A DNA stretch of 64,000 nt from the IMG/VR virus record IMGVR_UViG_3300028048_000105, one strand, 5' to 3'. Position numbers and translations under genes: made by a program. Positions 10,765 through 20,572 of this stretch are shown piece by piece; the stretch's first letter is position 1; every line of letters starts with the position of its first letter. The notes beneath the pieces are model-generated. The model did not search any database. It was given only the letters and a program-made list of their open reading frames with translations, and had not been told where the DNA came from. This DNA comes from a virus. Taxonomy: Duplodnaviria > Heunggongvirae > Uroviricota > Caudoviricetes.

Positions 10765-12321
10765 ATGCCGAGTTACTGTCTCGAATTAAAGTTAAAAGTG
10801 AAGAAAGACTCCGACAGGAATTACCTACAGAACTACTTTAATGCGGTGGCAAAGCTCGGTAATGAAATACGCAGGTTCGCAATCAGACAACTCGGGCATC
10901 TGAAACAGGACAGGAACTACAATTCCCTGCTTGCGGAGTACGTAAAAGTCAAAGGGGACGAAGATTCCCCGGAGCGCGAACGTCTGTCAAAAGAACTGTC
11001 TGTCATCGTAGGTTCCTACGGGCTTACAAAGTACGGACTTCAGAAATCAGCCTGTGAAATGCGTAAACATCTGAAATACGTGCATTCTGATGTTTACCAG
11101 AAACTCAGTGACAGTATCTGGCGAAGCGTAGAGAAATACCTTTACGGCAACGGAAAACAGATCCACTTCAAGAAGTGGGATGATGTCATGAGTTTTGAAA
11201 ACAAGAAGAACTCCACCGGCATCATTTATGCGGATGGAAAGGTATACATCAACTGTACGCCAAAGAGACCCAAATGCGGGATTGCCCTTGACATCATCCT
11301 CCCGCGCAACAAAGAATCCGCCCACTACATGTATGAAACCACATGTCTTACTGACAGGACGAAATACTGCCGGATCGTAAGGAAGATGTTTCCATCCGGA
11401 TGGCGGTATTACGTACAGCTGGTACAGGAAGGGATTCCTCCGCAGAAACATGAGATCGGGAAAGGGCGCGTCGGTATTGATATCGGTACATCCACAATCG
11501 CTGCGGTATCAAAAGATGGCTGCATCCTCGAAGAACTTGGGGAGCCTGCTTCCTCTCCTGCTGAAGAATGCCTGCTCCAGCGGAAGCTTGACCGGAGCCG
11601 CCGTTCTATGAATCCGAACAATTACAAGGAGGATGGCTCCGTAAAGAAAGGCAAAAAGACCTGGAAGAAATCAAAAACTTACCAGGCTGTCCAGAACCGG
11701 CTGAAATCCCTCCGGAGACAGAAGGCTGCCCGCCTGAAACAATGGCAGGAAGCCGAAGCGAATAAGATCGCCGCAATGGGAAACAAGGTCTTTGTGGAAA
11801 CGATGGATTTTAAAGCTTTGCAGAAGCGTGCAAAAAATACCGAGCGACAGGAACAAACGTCCCTTGTAAAACAGAAGGATGGAACGGAAAAGGAAGTACA
11901 TAAATACAGGAAGAAGAAACGATTTGGCAGTTCCATCGGAATGCATGCCCCCGCTCAGTTCTTATCCATACTGGAACGGAAGCTGGCATACCACAAAGGC
12001 GGGCTTTGCAGAATCAATACCTGGAAATTCAAAGCCAGCCAATACAACCATGTGGATGACACCTATGAGAAGAAGAAGCTCTCAAAACGTTACAACACCA
12101 TAGACGGCCGGTGGGTGCAGCGTGACCTCTATAGTGCATTCCTGCTGATGTGTTCGGATGATACACTTGAACACGCAGACCGGAAACGGTGTACCAGAAA
12201 CTATAAACGTTTCCTTAAAAACCACGATGCCTGCATCAATGAAATCCTCGCAGATATCCAAAAGAACCAAAAGAAAGTCCCATCCTGTTTCGGAATCAAT
12301 GCAAAAATGGCTGCCCTCTAG
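10765..12321 (+). CDS. tnpB: TnpB-like RuvC nuclease (IS605 OrfB family) apparently lacking the zinc-finger
   Basis: RuvC-I GIDIGTSTIAAV, RuvC-II VFVETMDF, RuvC-III-like WVQRDLYSAFLL; no CxxC pairs between II and III; 518 aa. Confidence 0.65.
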   Translation: MPSYCLELKLKVKKDSDRNYLQNYFNAVAKLGNEIRRFAIRQLGHLKQDRNYNSLLAEYVKVKGDEDSPERERLSKELSVIVGSYGLTKYGLQKSACEMRKHLKYVHSDVYQKLSDSIWRSVEKYLYGNGKQIHFKKWDDVMSFENKKNSTGIIYADGKVYINCTPKRPKCGIALDIILPRNKESAHYMYETTCLTDRTKYCRIVRKMFPSGWRYYVQLVQEGIPPQKHEIGKGRVGIDIGTSTIAAVSKDGCILEELGEPASSPAEECLLQRKLDRSRRSMNPNNYKEDGSVKKGKKTWKKSKTYQAVQNRLKSLRRQKAARLKQWQEAEANKIAAMGNKVFVETMDFKALQKRAKNTERQEQTSLVKQKDGTEKEVHKYRKKKRFGSSIGMHAPAQFLSILERKLAYHKGGLCRINTWKFKASQYNHVDDTYEKKKLSKRYNTIDGRWVQRDLYSAFLLMCSDDTLEHADRKRCTRNYKRFLKNHDACINEILADIQKNQKKVPSCFGINAKMAAL

Positions 12322-12700
12322 GACAGCCATAGATACAAATGTAACTTTAAACAAACACTGATATAACCTTATAAATATAGATATACGGGATCAAACTGAG
12401 TCCCTGGGCCGCATCCTGAGCTGAGTACACAGCTGTTCTCCTGATGCATAAACCGCTTTGCCGGGAGGCCCTGAAAGTTAATCCCTTCTGTAGTACGCAG
12501 GAGTGGCTGCAGCAGCAACACCGCTGTGGAGATCATCCATAAGACTACAACAAAAAGTGCGTATCGTCATCATAGGCTGACGGAGGTTCCCAAAGGGAAA
12601 ATCCAGATGTCCGGCGTACGTTTCTCAAGTGATGTCTTCTGGACCTTAAACCTGCCGCGTCTTCGCGTGCAGATCAGTTAGCTCGAAACAAAGTCATCAC
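12322..12700 (+). ncRNA. Candidate TnpB ωRNA / structured right-end region
   Basis: GC-rich, no credible ORF, ends in inverted copy of the 30-bp hairpin (12652-12681); position 3' of tnpB as expected for ωRNA. Confidence 0.3.
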
Positions 12701-13430
12701 GCAAAGTAGTATCACTTCCTGGGACGGGACTGCGTTTTTTTGGGAAACAGTACTACTAAAACAGTACCACCCGCACGAAGCAGGAAACAGAGTAAAGAGC
12801 GGAGGCAAAAAGTATGGCAGGCAGCGGGGCAGAAACCCATAGGAAAATTGGGCGGAAAGTAAGAAAAACAGGATACGCGCCCCGTGCCCCGCGCCAGACG
12901 GCTTCAAAAATCGTACCACCCGCGCTTCCATTCTGTACAATTTCCCGCACAGGAAACTATGAAAGAAGCCGTGCGGCGCACAACAAAAAACCGTGGATCT
13001 GTAATTTTTATGAGAAAATGGAGGAAAATTTATATTTGATATGGATGGCAGTGAAGTCTCACACAACCAAGGTTGCGTGCTTCCATACCCGTTTTTCTGG
13101 GGCATGGACTCGCTGACTGAAGATACAGTGAACTGCGGACATCCGGTTCCCGGATGCGTTTTCGTGGAAGCTGAGGCAGAAGCTGGTAAACAGAAGCGAA
13201 GCACCATTGGATACCACAACACCTGATGCGCAACCGCGTGGTTGCATTCCCAATGTCGGGTCCACCCGATCAGGCATCCATCGCTAACTGATCTGCACGC
13301 GAAGACGCGGCATCTTCCAGCTTAGTTTTTCGTGACAAAAAGGGCGCAGCTCCGGCCGTGTCTTTTTTTGTTCCATATTAAAGATGTAAATAAAGATGTA
13401 AATAAAAACATATCTGAAAGGAGAAAATGC

Positions 13431-13628
13431 ATGATTACGAAAGAATATATGACATCTGTTGAAGAATTAAAAGAGGAATTCAAAATTGGTTCCGTGGTCG
13501 AACAAGACGGGAAACTTCTTAAAGTCGTGGAGATTAATAACGCTCTGCCAACAACCTGTTTTGCATCTTTCCCAAGCGTGACATTCGAAGAAGTGCAAAA
13601 AGTTTCCCAGTCTGGCACCACCAGGTAA
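13431..13628 (+). CDS. hypothetical small protein (module B upstream)
   Basis: CATATTAAAGATGTAAAT(x2)..GAAAGGAGAAAATGC ATG. Confidence 0.4.
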   Translation: MITKEYMTSVEELKEEFKIGSVVEQDGKLLKVVEINNALPTTCFASFPSVTFEEVQKVSQSGTTR

Positions 13629-13747
13629 TCCGGATAAAATCCATCACACTTACAAAATGAACTTATGGCACAGCTTTGGCTGTGTCTTTTTTTTGTTTCA
13701 TATTGAAGATGTAAACCGATTTTTTAAACATCGAAAGGAGAAAAACC

Positions 13748-14590
13748 ATGAAATACGCAAGATATGATATTATCCTCCAGGAAAAGGAAGTAAACGAGGA
13801 TCTTTTAATCAGAATTGACAACAGCGAGGCATCCGGTGCGATCCCGCTTGAGCTGCCGTCACATGACCGAAAGGAAAAAGTTTCCGGTTACATGAACTTT
13901 CAGGGAGCGAAAGCTCTCGGATACAACCTGTCAAACAAGGAGCTGCTTGACAAGCTGAGTTTTCTCATCTTCAACACCCGCTCCGATTCCAGGTGCAGCT
14001 CGTATGACGAATACGAGCTGGGAGATCTTAAGGTGCTGGTATTCCGCCATATGGATCCAGAGGAAATTCCGGAAGATATGAGGGCAACAGACTCTGTATC
14101 TGAGATTTTCCCGAACTGCATCTGGCACAAGTTCCCAGATGGGTCCGGGTATCTTGATGGACCACGGAAAGGCCAAAAGCTTATCCAAGGTTACGACCTC
14201 TCTACTAACGAATTCAAGTATCGCGGAAACTGGTACTTTTTCGCTGACACTGACTCTGGACACTATATTACCTGCCAGGAGGCGATCAGCCAGATGGAAG
14301 TCCTCTTGTATAAAACACCAGATACTTTCGTCCGGCTTTACATCAACTGGTATGGCTCCTGCAACGAGTATGCACTTGAAGCAGAAGCGGAAACCGGAGA
14401 AAATGCAGGTGCGCTTGCCCTCCAGAAATTCCTCGAAACCGCAAAGGAAGAGGAACTGGTTGGATACATGCTCTATTCAACAGGCGGCCGTCAGGATGAG
14501 ATGTTTGATTTCCTGATGACCGGGCTCCCTGGGGTATCCGGGAAGAAGAAGGAAAATATCAGAAAAATTATGGAGAAAATGTACGCTTAA
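13748..14590 (+). CDS. hypothetical protein (module B upstream)
   Basis: 280 aa ORF; TTTCATATTGAAGATGTAAAC..ATCGAAAGGAGAAAAACC ATG. Confidence 0.55.
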   Translation: MKYARYDIILQEKEVNEDLLIRIDNSEASGAIPLELPSHDRKEKVSGYMNFQGAKALGYNLSNKELLDKLSFLIFNTRSDSRCSSYDEYELGDLKVLVFRHMDPEEIPEDMRATDSVSEIFPNCIWHKFPDGSGYLDGPRKGQKLIQGYDLSTNEFKYRGNWYFFADTDSGHYITCQEAISQMEVLLYKTPDTFVRLYINWYGSCNEYALEAEAETGENAGALALQKFLETAKEEELVGYMLYSTGGRQDEMFDFLMTGLPGVSGKKKENIRKIMEKMYA

Positions 14591-14668
14591 CCGCGGACAC
14601 GCAAAAGAGCTGCAAAAATCTGCAGCTCTTTTTTACTGTCTGTCTTTTCCCACTTTTTTTCTGCAATT

Positions 14669-14757
14669 TCCATCCATGCGCCTCATAAGGCGCAACAAGC
14701 CGGTAGCATCCGCAGCCTGATTGCATTTTAACCCATACATCCCATAAGGGATGCAAC
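14669..14757 (-). CRISPR. Satellite mini-array: 2 repeats (degenerate TTTCCATCCATGCGCCTCATAAGGCGCAAC and TTTTAACCCATACATCCCATAAGGGATGCAAC) + 28-nt spacer
   Basis: Same family and orientation as the main array at 21722-22148; hairpin stems GCGCC/GGCGC and CATCCC/GGGATG. Confidence 0.5.
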
Positions 14758-14926
14758 TGTAAATATACTTACTACATAAAAGATAGGTGTTATTCTTTCG
14801 CTTTTTGGCTTTTCTTCTATTCATTTTTAATCATCCTCTTTAAATTCTTCTACGTTTTCCAACATGATCACTCTCGGTCTCACCAGTCCCGCCCACCGGC
14901 AGATATGTTCCAATTTATTTTATAAC

Positions 14927-15331
14927 CTATGTGTCTTTCTCTGAGGACTGTTTATTCAACTCTGCCTTAATCTTGTCTATAATTTCATTTATCGGTAATG
15001 CTGAAAAATACTCATCAAGTGTTATGCTGACTGCATCATTTCTTTTCCCGTAAAGTTGGAAAATAATATTTGTCTCTTTATCCATGTACTCTCCAAACTC
15101 TATAAGCTGATCTGAATACAGATAAACACACTCTTCGATTATGTATTGCTGCAGCTCATCATGTTCCTTTGGAATATTACTTTCCCACACGCATGATAAA
15201 GGACAATCCTGCGCATTGACTGGCTCATTATTGACTATCTTTTCATATAGTTCGGGCTCATTATCTCTTACGTTCGTAATTGTTTTATCCGATACAGTCC
15301 CATAAGTTTCATATTTCTTGAAAAGCCTCAT
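14927..15331 (-). CDS. hypothetical protein
   Basis: 134 aa ORF. Confidence 0.45.
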   Translation of the reverse strand: MRLFKKYETYGTVSDKTITNVRDNEPELYEKIVNNEPVNAQDCPLSCVWESNIPKEHDELQQYIIEECVYLYSDQLIEFGEYMDKETNIIFQLYGKRNDAVSITLDEYFSALPINEIIDKIKAELNKQSSEKDT

Positions 15332-15594
15332 ACTCCTTCAACAGTTTTTTCTGCTCAAAAATATCCTTGATAACAATTGACGCAAATACTACAAGAAGTA
15401 AAAGCGTTACGTTTGATGAATCCATAGCATATTTTTCTAATCCCGGTATAAGTCTTACTAACATAAAAATCTCCTTAAAACAATATTATACTCTCCAATT
15501 TGCAAATTTTAAATGAAAATCAAAATTAAAGGAATCAGAAATATCTTTTCAGCTAAGAAATATCAAAACACCCAAAAAAAGTTGCGGATATGTA

Positions 15595-16140
15595 TCAACC
15601 TCCAAGCTTTCCCAGTTCTTCTTCTATTTCTGCAATTTCTTTGCTAAAACTATTATAAATCTGTTCACTCACATCATCGTACTTTTGTAAATAATCCTGT
15701 AAATATATGAGTCGTTTTTCTAACCTTTCTCGTCTGCTGGAAGAATCTTGAACGGCATCTACAACCCCATCCCATTCAGCAGCTTTCTTTTCCATTTCAT
15801 TCAGCAAAGTCTGTTCAGACAATCTCTTCTCATATTCAGCGAATGCTTTCTTTATAATATCCGGAGAAAGAACAAATAACATCTGATTGCAACTAATATT
15901 ATGGAATGAAATGGATGGATCTATTACAGATTTAAAGTAGATTTCCCCTGCGTCGAACAGCCGTTTTCCAGAATGTCCAAACAAAATTGTTTTTTCCCTG
16001 TACTGGCATGTGTACACCTTAACGTACCCGGACACGACTCCATCTCTACCCCAAAGGAGATCAACAGCATACGCTTTTCCTTTCCACAACACCGGGTAAA
16101 ATGTATACCCATTGGGTATTTTTCTCTTTTGTATTCCCAT
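15595..16140 (-). CDS. hypothetical protein
   Basis: 181 aa ORF; coiled-coil C-terminus. Confidence 0.5.
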   Translation of the reverse strand: MGIQKRKIPNGYTFYPVLWKGKAYAVDLLWGRDGVVSGYVKVYTCQYREKTILFGHSGKRLFDAGEIYFKSVIDPSISFHNISCNQMLFVLSPDIIKKAFAEYEKRLSEQTLLNEMEKKAAEWDGVVDAVQDSSSRRERLEKRLIYLQDYLQKYDDVSEQIYNSFSKEIAEIEEELGKLGG

Positions 16141-16167
16141 TTTCTCTGATCCTTTCTTATTTTTGTT

Positions 16168-16389
16168 TTACGAATAATTGTATCCCAATATAATCGTTAA
16201 AACACCCCAAAAAAATGTGACAATACCGCCTATTAGACCAGCCCACCAAGAATCATCCTCATCGTCTTTAAGTTTAAATGAATTAACAACTAAAATAATT
16301 CCTAGAACAATTATGATGATTCCATGAACTGGCACTATGGAAGATAGGCAATTTTCTGCAAATTTATTGCATTTTTCGATTTGATTCAT
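16168..16389 (-). CDS. small membrane protein
   Basis: 73 aa, two hydrophobic segments. Confidence 0.4.
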   Translation of the reverse strand: MNQIEKCNKFAENCLSSIVPVHGIIIIVLGIILVVNSFKLKDDEDDSWWAGLIGGIVTFFWGVLTIILGYNYS

Positions 16390-16832
16390 TTTTCCGTTTT
16401 GACTCCTAATTCTTTACATTTTTCACAGGTTACCGCATTCAGACCTCTCCAAATTATATTCTCTGTTTGAAAATCTTCCCTATTTGAAGATCGCGAATAA
16501 CTCCATTTTTGACCACACAGGCATTCTGTCGCACACTTAGTTATATGTACAATCCCATTTAGTTTCACACATGGAATATCCCCGTAATATTTAGCCATCT
16601 TCCACCTCCAAATTTACTCAATGACAAAATCAAAATCAGTGCAGTTAAAGTCCGTTTCTTTTTCTGGAATCGGCATACATACTCCAACTGCATCTTTTAC
16701 ATATGGCACTCCGTTTATCTCAATAACTTCCATTGGATAATAACCGAAACGTCTTTTGTAACAATCAATCTTCTTGCCTACAAGTTCCTTTGCATTTCCT
16801 TGATATAATTTCACCCTGCACCTCCTAAATCA

Positions 16833-17444
16833 TCATGCTTCTGGTTTTTCGCACCGCTCAAATTCGATAACCCACACCCACGGATTTGCATCCCAACCAT
16901 ATGTATCAATGTCAGATTTCTTGACGGTGCTGTTCCAAAGAGTCGAAAACGCATATCTTTTTTCTTCTCCATTCAATGCATGAGGATATTCTACCTCTAC
17001 ACCCTCTCTGCAAATCTGCTCAGATGTAATATCCTGCAACCGCTCCACTCTCACACTCGTAACTTTAAGCCAGATACGCGCAGCTTCTTTCGGCATGTGG
17101 ATGGATGGGTGCCATATATGACTATCATTTTTAAAGCCACTTTCTGCTACTTCGTCCGCTCTAAAAACATACTGTTTATCTGAATTTAAAGCAATTGGAT
17201 ACCCCCAAGTTTCCCGGACATACAGGATATCGCCCGGCTCGCAAGGCAACTTAAAAAATTTCTCTCCATACCCATCTGCAAATGTACCTCTACACGATAT
17301 GTACCCTTTAGGTGTAAAAGCGGTATATCCCCATACTGCATCATCAGGAATAAAGCCTTTTACAATTCCTCTCGTTGCATCTTTTCTCCCGTCCAGAATC
17401 GCCCGAACCATTTCTGTATTGAATAAAATCGGTTTAATTGCCAC
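16833..17444 (-). CDS. ASCH domain protein
   Basis: N-terminal KPILFNTEMVRAILDGRKDATRG typical ASCH/PUA-like. Confidence 0.6.
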   Translation of the reverse strand: MAIKPILFNTEMVRAILDGRKDATRGIVKGFIPDDAVWGYTAFTPKGYISCRGTFADGYGEKFFKLPCEPGDILYVRETWGYPIALNSDKQYVFRADEVAESGFKNDSHIWHPSIHMPKEAARIWLKVTSVRVERLQDITSEQICREGVEVEYPHALNGEEKRYAFSTLWNSTVKKSDIDTYGWDANPWVWVIEFERCEKPEA

Positions 17445-17730
17445 CTATCACACCTGCCTTTCTTCTCGTTTCTGTCCTGTGTTTTGCATCATATCTGTTG
17501 TGGCATCTCTGGCATAACGCTCTAAGATTACTGTAATCGCAATTTTCCGGTGTATGGTCTAAATGCGCTATTGTCAGGACAACTTTTGAGCCATTTTCGC
17601 GAATAGCATAATTCTCAATTCCACAAAATTCACATTTATTATCTGCCCGCTTGAGAATGTCTTTTCGGATATCCTTCCAGTTTGCCGGATATCTTTTCCG
17701 ATTTTCTGGTTTAATTGGCATCCGATTCAC
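17434..17730 (-). CDS. HNH endonuclease
   Basis: CEFCG...HLDH...N..ALCQRCHNRYD. Confidence 0.7.
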   Translation of the reverse strand: MNRMPIKPENRKRYPANWKDIRKDILKRADNKCEFCGIENYAIRENGSKVVLTIAHLDHTPENCDYSNLRALCQRCHNRYDAKHRTETRRKAGVIGGN

Positions 17731-18094
17731 CTACTTTCTCAAAATAGAACTTAATCGGTTCTCTGTTTTCCTGCACCATACCGAATCTGACTGCGATATT
17801 GTATGTAGAAACATCTCTTTTCAGTCTGTCAGGTATCTTCTGCAACTCCTTTCTAAAGTCTTCTAAGTCCATCGTTGACTTATATCGATTGCATGAACCG
17901 CAGGACGGCATCAGGTTGCTTATGTCGTGTACGTCAATTCCGGTAAATTCTTCGGTGTACTCATAATTTCTAAGACAATGCAAATGATCTACATTAAAAC
18001 CTTTCTCCGGTATCTCACAGCCACAATAAGCGCAATGCCCATTGTATTTCGCATATACCTGTTTCCTTACGGTTTTAGGAATCGGTTTTCGCAT
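17711..18094 (-). CDS. HNH endonuclease
   Basis: CAYCGCEI...VDHLHC...CGSCNRYK. Confidence 0.7.
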   Translation of the reverse strand: MRKPIPKTVRKQVYAKYNGHCAYCGCEIPEKGFNVDHLHCLRNYEYTEEFTGIDVHDISNLMPSCGSCNRYKSTMDLEDFRKELQKIPDRLKRDVSTYNIAVRFGMVQENREPIKFYFEKVGESDAN

Positions 18095-18374
18095 CTACTC
18101 CACCGCCTTTCACAATCTCGATTGCTTCTTTCAGCACTTCAACAGCTTTTCTTTGCTGAAATTCTTCTGTTATCGTTCCGTTTTTCTTTTCATATTCAAT
18201 ACAACGTTCATGCGTCTGTATCCTCTTCTCCAACTGTTCTACAACCTTGTCTACATCATAGGCGGTTGGCATATTGTTAATCACATCTTTTACTGCATCA
18301 TAATCTTTCATGCTTTCAAGCCGTCCGCTTAAGTTGTCTAAAACCGGATCAGCGTCAATCAGTCTTCCCATCAT
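18075..18374 (-). CDS. hypothetical protein
   Basis: 99 aa ORF overlapping neighbours by a few nt (operon). Confidence 0.4.
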   Translation of the reverse strand: MMGRLIDADPVLDNLSGRLESMKDYDAVKDVINNMPTAYDVDKVVEQLEKRIQTHERCIEYEKKNGTITEEFQQRKAVEVLKEAIEIVKGGGVDAKTDS

Positions 18375-18570
18375 TCACCCTCCTGTTCCATGTTTCCTTT
18401 GCTTTTCCCTGCGCGTCCATCTTGTTAGGAAATTCTTTAATTTTTACATACGGACCAGCACATCCGCATTTACCGCATATAATCCTGTATCCTTCACTTC
18501 CCATTTTTCTTACACTCACTCTGCGGTCATGGCAGCCACAGAACGGGCATGACTTAAGTTCTTCGTTCAT
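18355..18570 (-). CDS. Lar-like restriction alleviation zinc-ribbon protein
   Basis: CPFCGCHD...CGKCGCAGP motif, 71 aa. Confidence 0.45.
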   Translation of the reverse strand: MNEELKSCPFCGCHDRRVSVRKMGSEGYRIICGKCGCAGPYVKIKEFPNKMDAQGKAKETWNRRVNDGKTD

Positions 18571-19031
18571 TCTTCATCACTCCAATTAAATTCAATTTCT
18601 TCTGCGCCATCAACACCTAACTGCTCGCACTTCGCTCTGGTAGATGTACCGCCGGAGTGGTTTGTGCCTAAAAGAAACAGTTCCTGTACAATGCGGAAGT
18701 ATGATTTTCTAAAACAAAACCTCTCTTCCTCGTCAAGTTCCTCAATCGCATCCTCTCCATGTTGCCATCTGTACCACTCTGCAAACTCATTAACCACTTC
18801 CTGCATAAGGCTAATACAGTATTCAAGAATGTGTTTTTCATCGTGACTTTCCAATTCCCTGTTGACGTTCTGTTTCTCCATTGCCGCCCGACATTCTTCC
18901 AGTGTGCCAATTGCACGGTACTGTTCAATTTCTTCAAGTGCATTGATTGCCATTTCAATCTCTTCTGGAAATGATGTTCCACTCTGTGCTCTGTAGCATT
19001 TCAAACATTCTATTGCTTCCTGCTCTGTCAT
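18567..19031 (-). CDS. hypothetical protein
   Basis: 154 aa ORF. Confidence 0.45.
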   Translation of the reverse strand: MTEQEAIECLKCYRAQSGTSFPEEIEMAINALEEIEQYRAIGTLEECRAAMEKQNVNRELESHDEKHILEYCISLMQEVVNEFAEWYRWQHGEDAIEELDEEERFCFRKSYFRIVQELFLLGTNHSGGTSTRAKCEQLGVDGAEEIEFNWSDEE

Positions 19032-19402
19032 TCTCCATCACCTACCTTTAACTGTTCTGCTATCTCATCAATGTCTTTAAACCTGATTACAGACAAATCT
19101 ACGATTAAATTTTTGACCGATTCTGCAAAATCATCAACCGCCTTGCAATATTCTTCTTTCAACATTTTCTGTGTCATATCTCCACTAAATACCGAAGCTC
19201 TGTATGATTTCAACTCTTCCAACCACTCCGCAAGCTGTTTCTCTTCTTTTTCCTTTGGAATGTAACTTTTCATGCCTAATTCTGAATTTTTTTTACTATC
19301 TTCTGCTCTTTTTTTAAATTCAGATATGGCTTCATCAATCGTCATCCTACACCTCCAACAGTTCCGAATTGTCAATTGCGTTTCCAATGGCAACAATTTC
19401 AT
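19028..19402 (-). CDS. hypothetical protein
   Basis: 124 aa ORF. Confidence 0.45.
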   Translation of the reverse strand: MKLLPLETQLTIRNCWRCRMTIDEAISEFKKRAEDSKKNSELGMKSYIPKEKEEKQLAEWLEELKSYRASVFSGDMTQKMLKEEYCKAVDDFAESVKNLIVDLSVIRFKDIDEIAEQLKVGDGE

Positions 19403-19742
19403 CTGGTCTGAATTCTCCTAAAGAAATACTTTCCGAGCTTCCAATCGCCCGTGCTTCCCAACAGAGTGAGTAATCGCACCATTCAATAACATATCTTTCA
19501 TCATCGCACTGAAAAATATCTTTTTCATAGATCCCCCTATACCCTGTGCATTGGCAGAAGGTTCCCGGAAATACCGGATAAAAAGCAATATCCTCTCCAT
19601 CCCATACCTCGATTTCTTCAATCTCGCCATCTTCATCGCAACTTGGCAAGCCTTCCACCCATTCGCCATTATCAATCCGCTTTCCGCGGAATAAATATCT
19701 ATTTTCCATGTTGTTCCTCCTTTTGACCGCAATCTGAGGCAT
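19347..19742 (-). CDS. YopX-like phage protein (start probably at the internal Met, about 19709)
   Basis: MENRYLFRGKRIDNGEWVEG N-terminus resembles YopX family. Confidence 0.4.
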   Translation of the reverse strand: MPQIAVKRRNNMENRYLFRGKRIDNGEWVEGLPSCDEDGEIEEIEVWDGEDIAFYPVFPGTFCQCTGYRGIYEKDIFQCDDERYVIEWCDYSLCWEARAIGSSESISLGEFRPDEIVAIGNAIDNSELLEV

Positions 19743-20184
19743 CTATGTTAATTCCAATTTTTTCAAAATAAAATTTAACCGGTTCAATATGTTCCCGTAT
19801 AAGTCCATACTTAATCGCCAGACGGTACTGAAATGTTTTTTGCAGGTTTCTCATTAGTGTGCTGGTTAATGCTTCACGGAAAGACTCCAGGTTACCACAT
19901 GACTTGTAGAAGTTACATTGCCGGCACGCAGGAAGCAGATTTTCTTCTGAATACATTTCCTTTTCTGTCATTGTATGACTGGCATCGGTATTAGCAAAAA
20001 CAGACTTAACATGATCCACCTGCATATCCTTGTATTCCAACTCACATCCACAGTATGCACACCGGTGGTTGCATTTTTCATACACCAGAAGCCGGATTTT
20101 CTTTGGTATCTTTTTATGTGCTGACATTATTTCACCACCCTTCATTTTTTGAATCCGTCCATCGAATTCGCTGACCGCATTCAA
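19699..20184 (-). CDS. HNH endonuclease
   Basis: CAYCGCEL...VDHVKS...CRQCNFYK. Confidence 0.7.
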   Translation of the reverse strand: MNAVSEFDGRIQKMKGGEIMSAHKKIPKKIRLLVYEKCNHRCAYCGCELEYKDMQVDHVKSVFANTDASHTMTEKEMYSEENLLPACRQCNFYKSCGNLESFREALTSTLMRNLQKTFQYRLAIKYGLIREHIEPVKFYFEKIGINIDASDCGQKEEQHGK

Positions 20185-20329
20185 TACAGATATCAGGATT
20201 GATCAAACGTGCCCCGCATGTCGGACAGGCATATACAGGCTGGGTCCACCCTATCCGATTTGCATATTTTGGAATTTCCTTATTTTTTCTTCTTTTTCCC
20301 ATTTTTATCTTTCCCCTCTGACCTGTCAA
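20132..20329 (-). CDS. zinc-ribbon protein
   Basis: CPTCGAR...CIECGQR. Confidence 0.4.
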   Translation of the reverse strand: MTGQRGKIKMGKRRKNKEIPKYANRIGWTQPVYACPTCGARLINPDICIECGQRIRWTDSKNEGW

Positions 20330-20561
20330 ATTTTATCCCGAATGTATTTTTTATAAGAATAACCATGCCATAAATTGCCAAAATGATAAGCATAACGGCA
20401 ATTATTCCGCAAAAACATATTGTTAAAAGTGCAGTAATAGCTATAAGGGCATCTATACCATATACAATAGAAAGAATAATTGACAAAATTAGAAAAATGA
20501 TGACAAAAATAAGAATCAGAAAATCTCCAAAGTTATTTTTATTCTTTATATAAATCCTCAA
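20280..20561 (-). CDS. small membrane protein
   Basis: 93 aa, hydrophobic I/L-rich. Confidence 0.4.
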   Translation of the reverse strand: MRIYIKNKNNFGDFLILIFVIIFLILSIILSIVYGIDALIAITALLTICFCGIIAVMLIILAIYGMVILIKNTFGIKFDRSEGKDKNGKKKKK

Positions 20562-20572
20562 GACCTGACCTC

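Larger units (their letters stand above)
10192..13312 (+). mobile_element. IS200/IS605-family element (tnpA-tnpB) bounded by same-orientation hairpins; contains about 1 kb noncoding tail
   Basis: Direct 29-30 bp hairpin copies at 10192 and 13284; internal inverted copy at 12652. Confidence 0.45.

Noticed and set aside
12674-13222. 182-aa minus-strand ORF inside the IS right-end region
   Set aside because: Low-complexity, no RBS, overlaps multiple other spurious ORFs in a GC-rich structured segment. More likely ncRNA/terminal region of the IS200/IS605 element.
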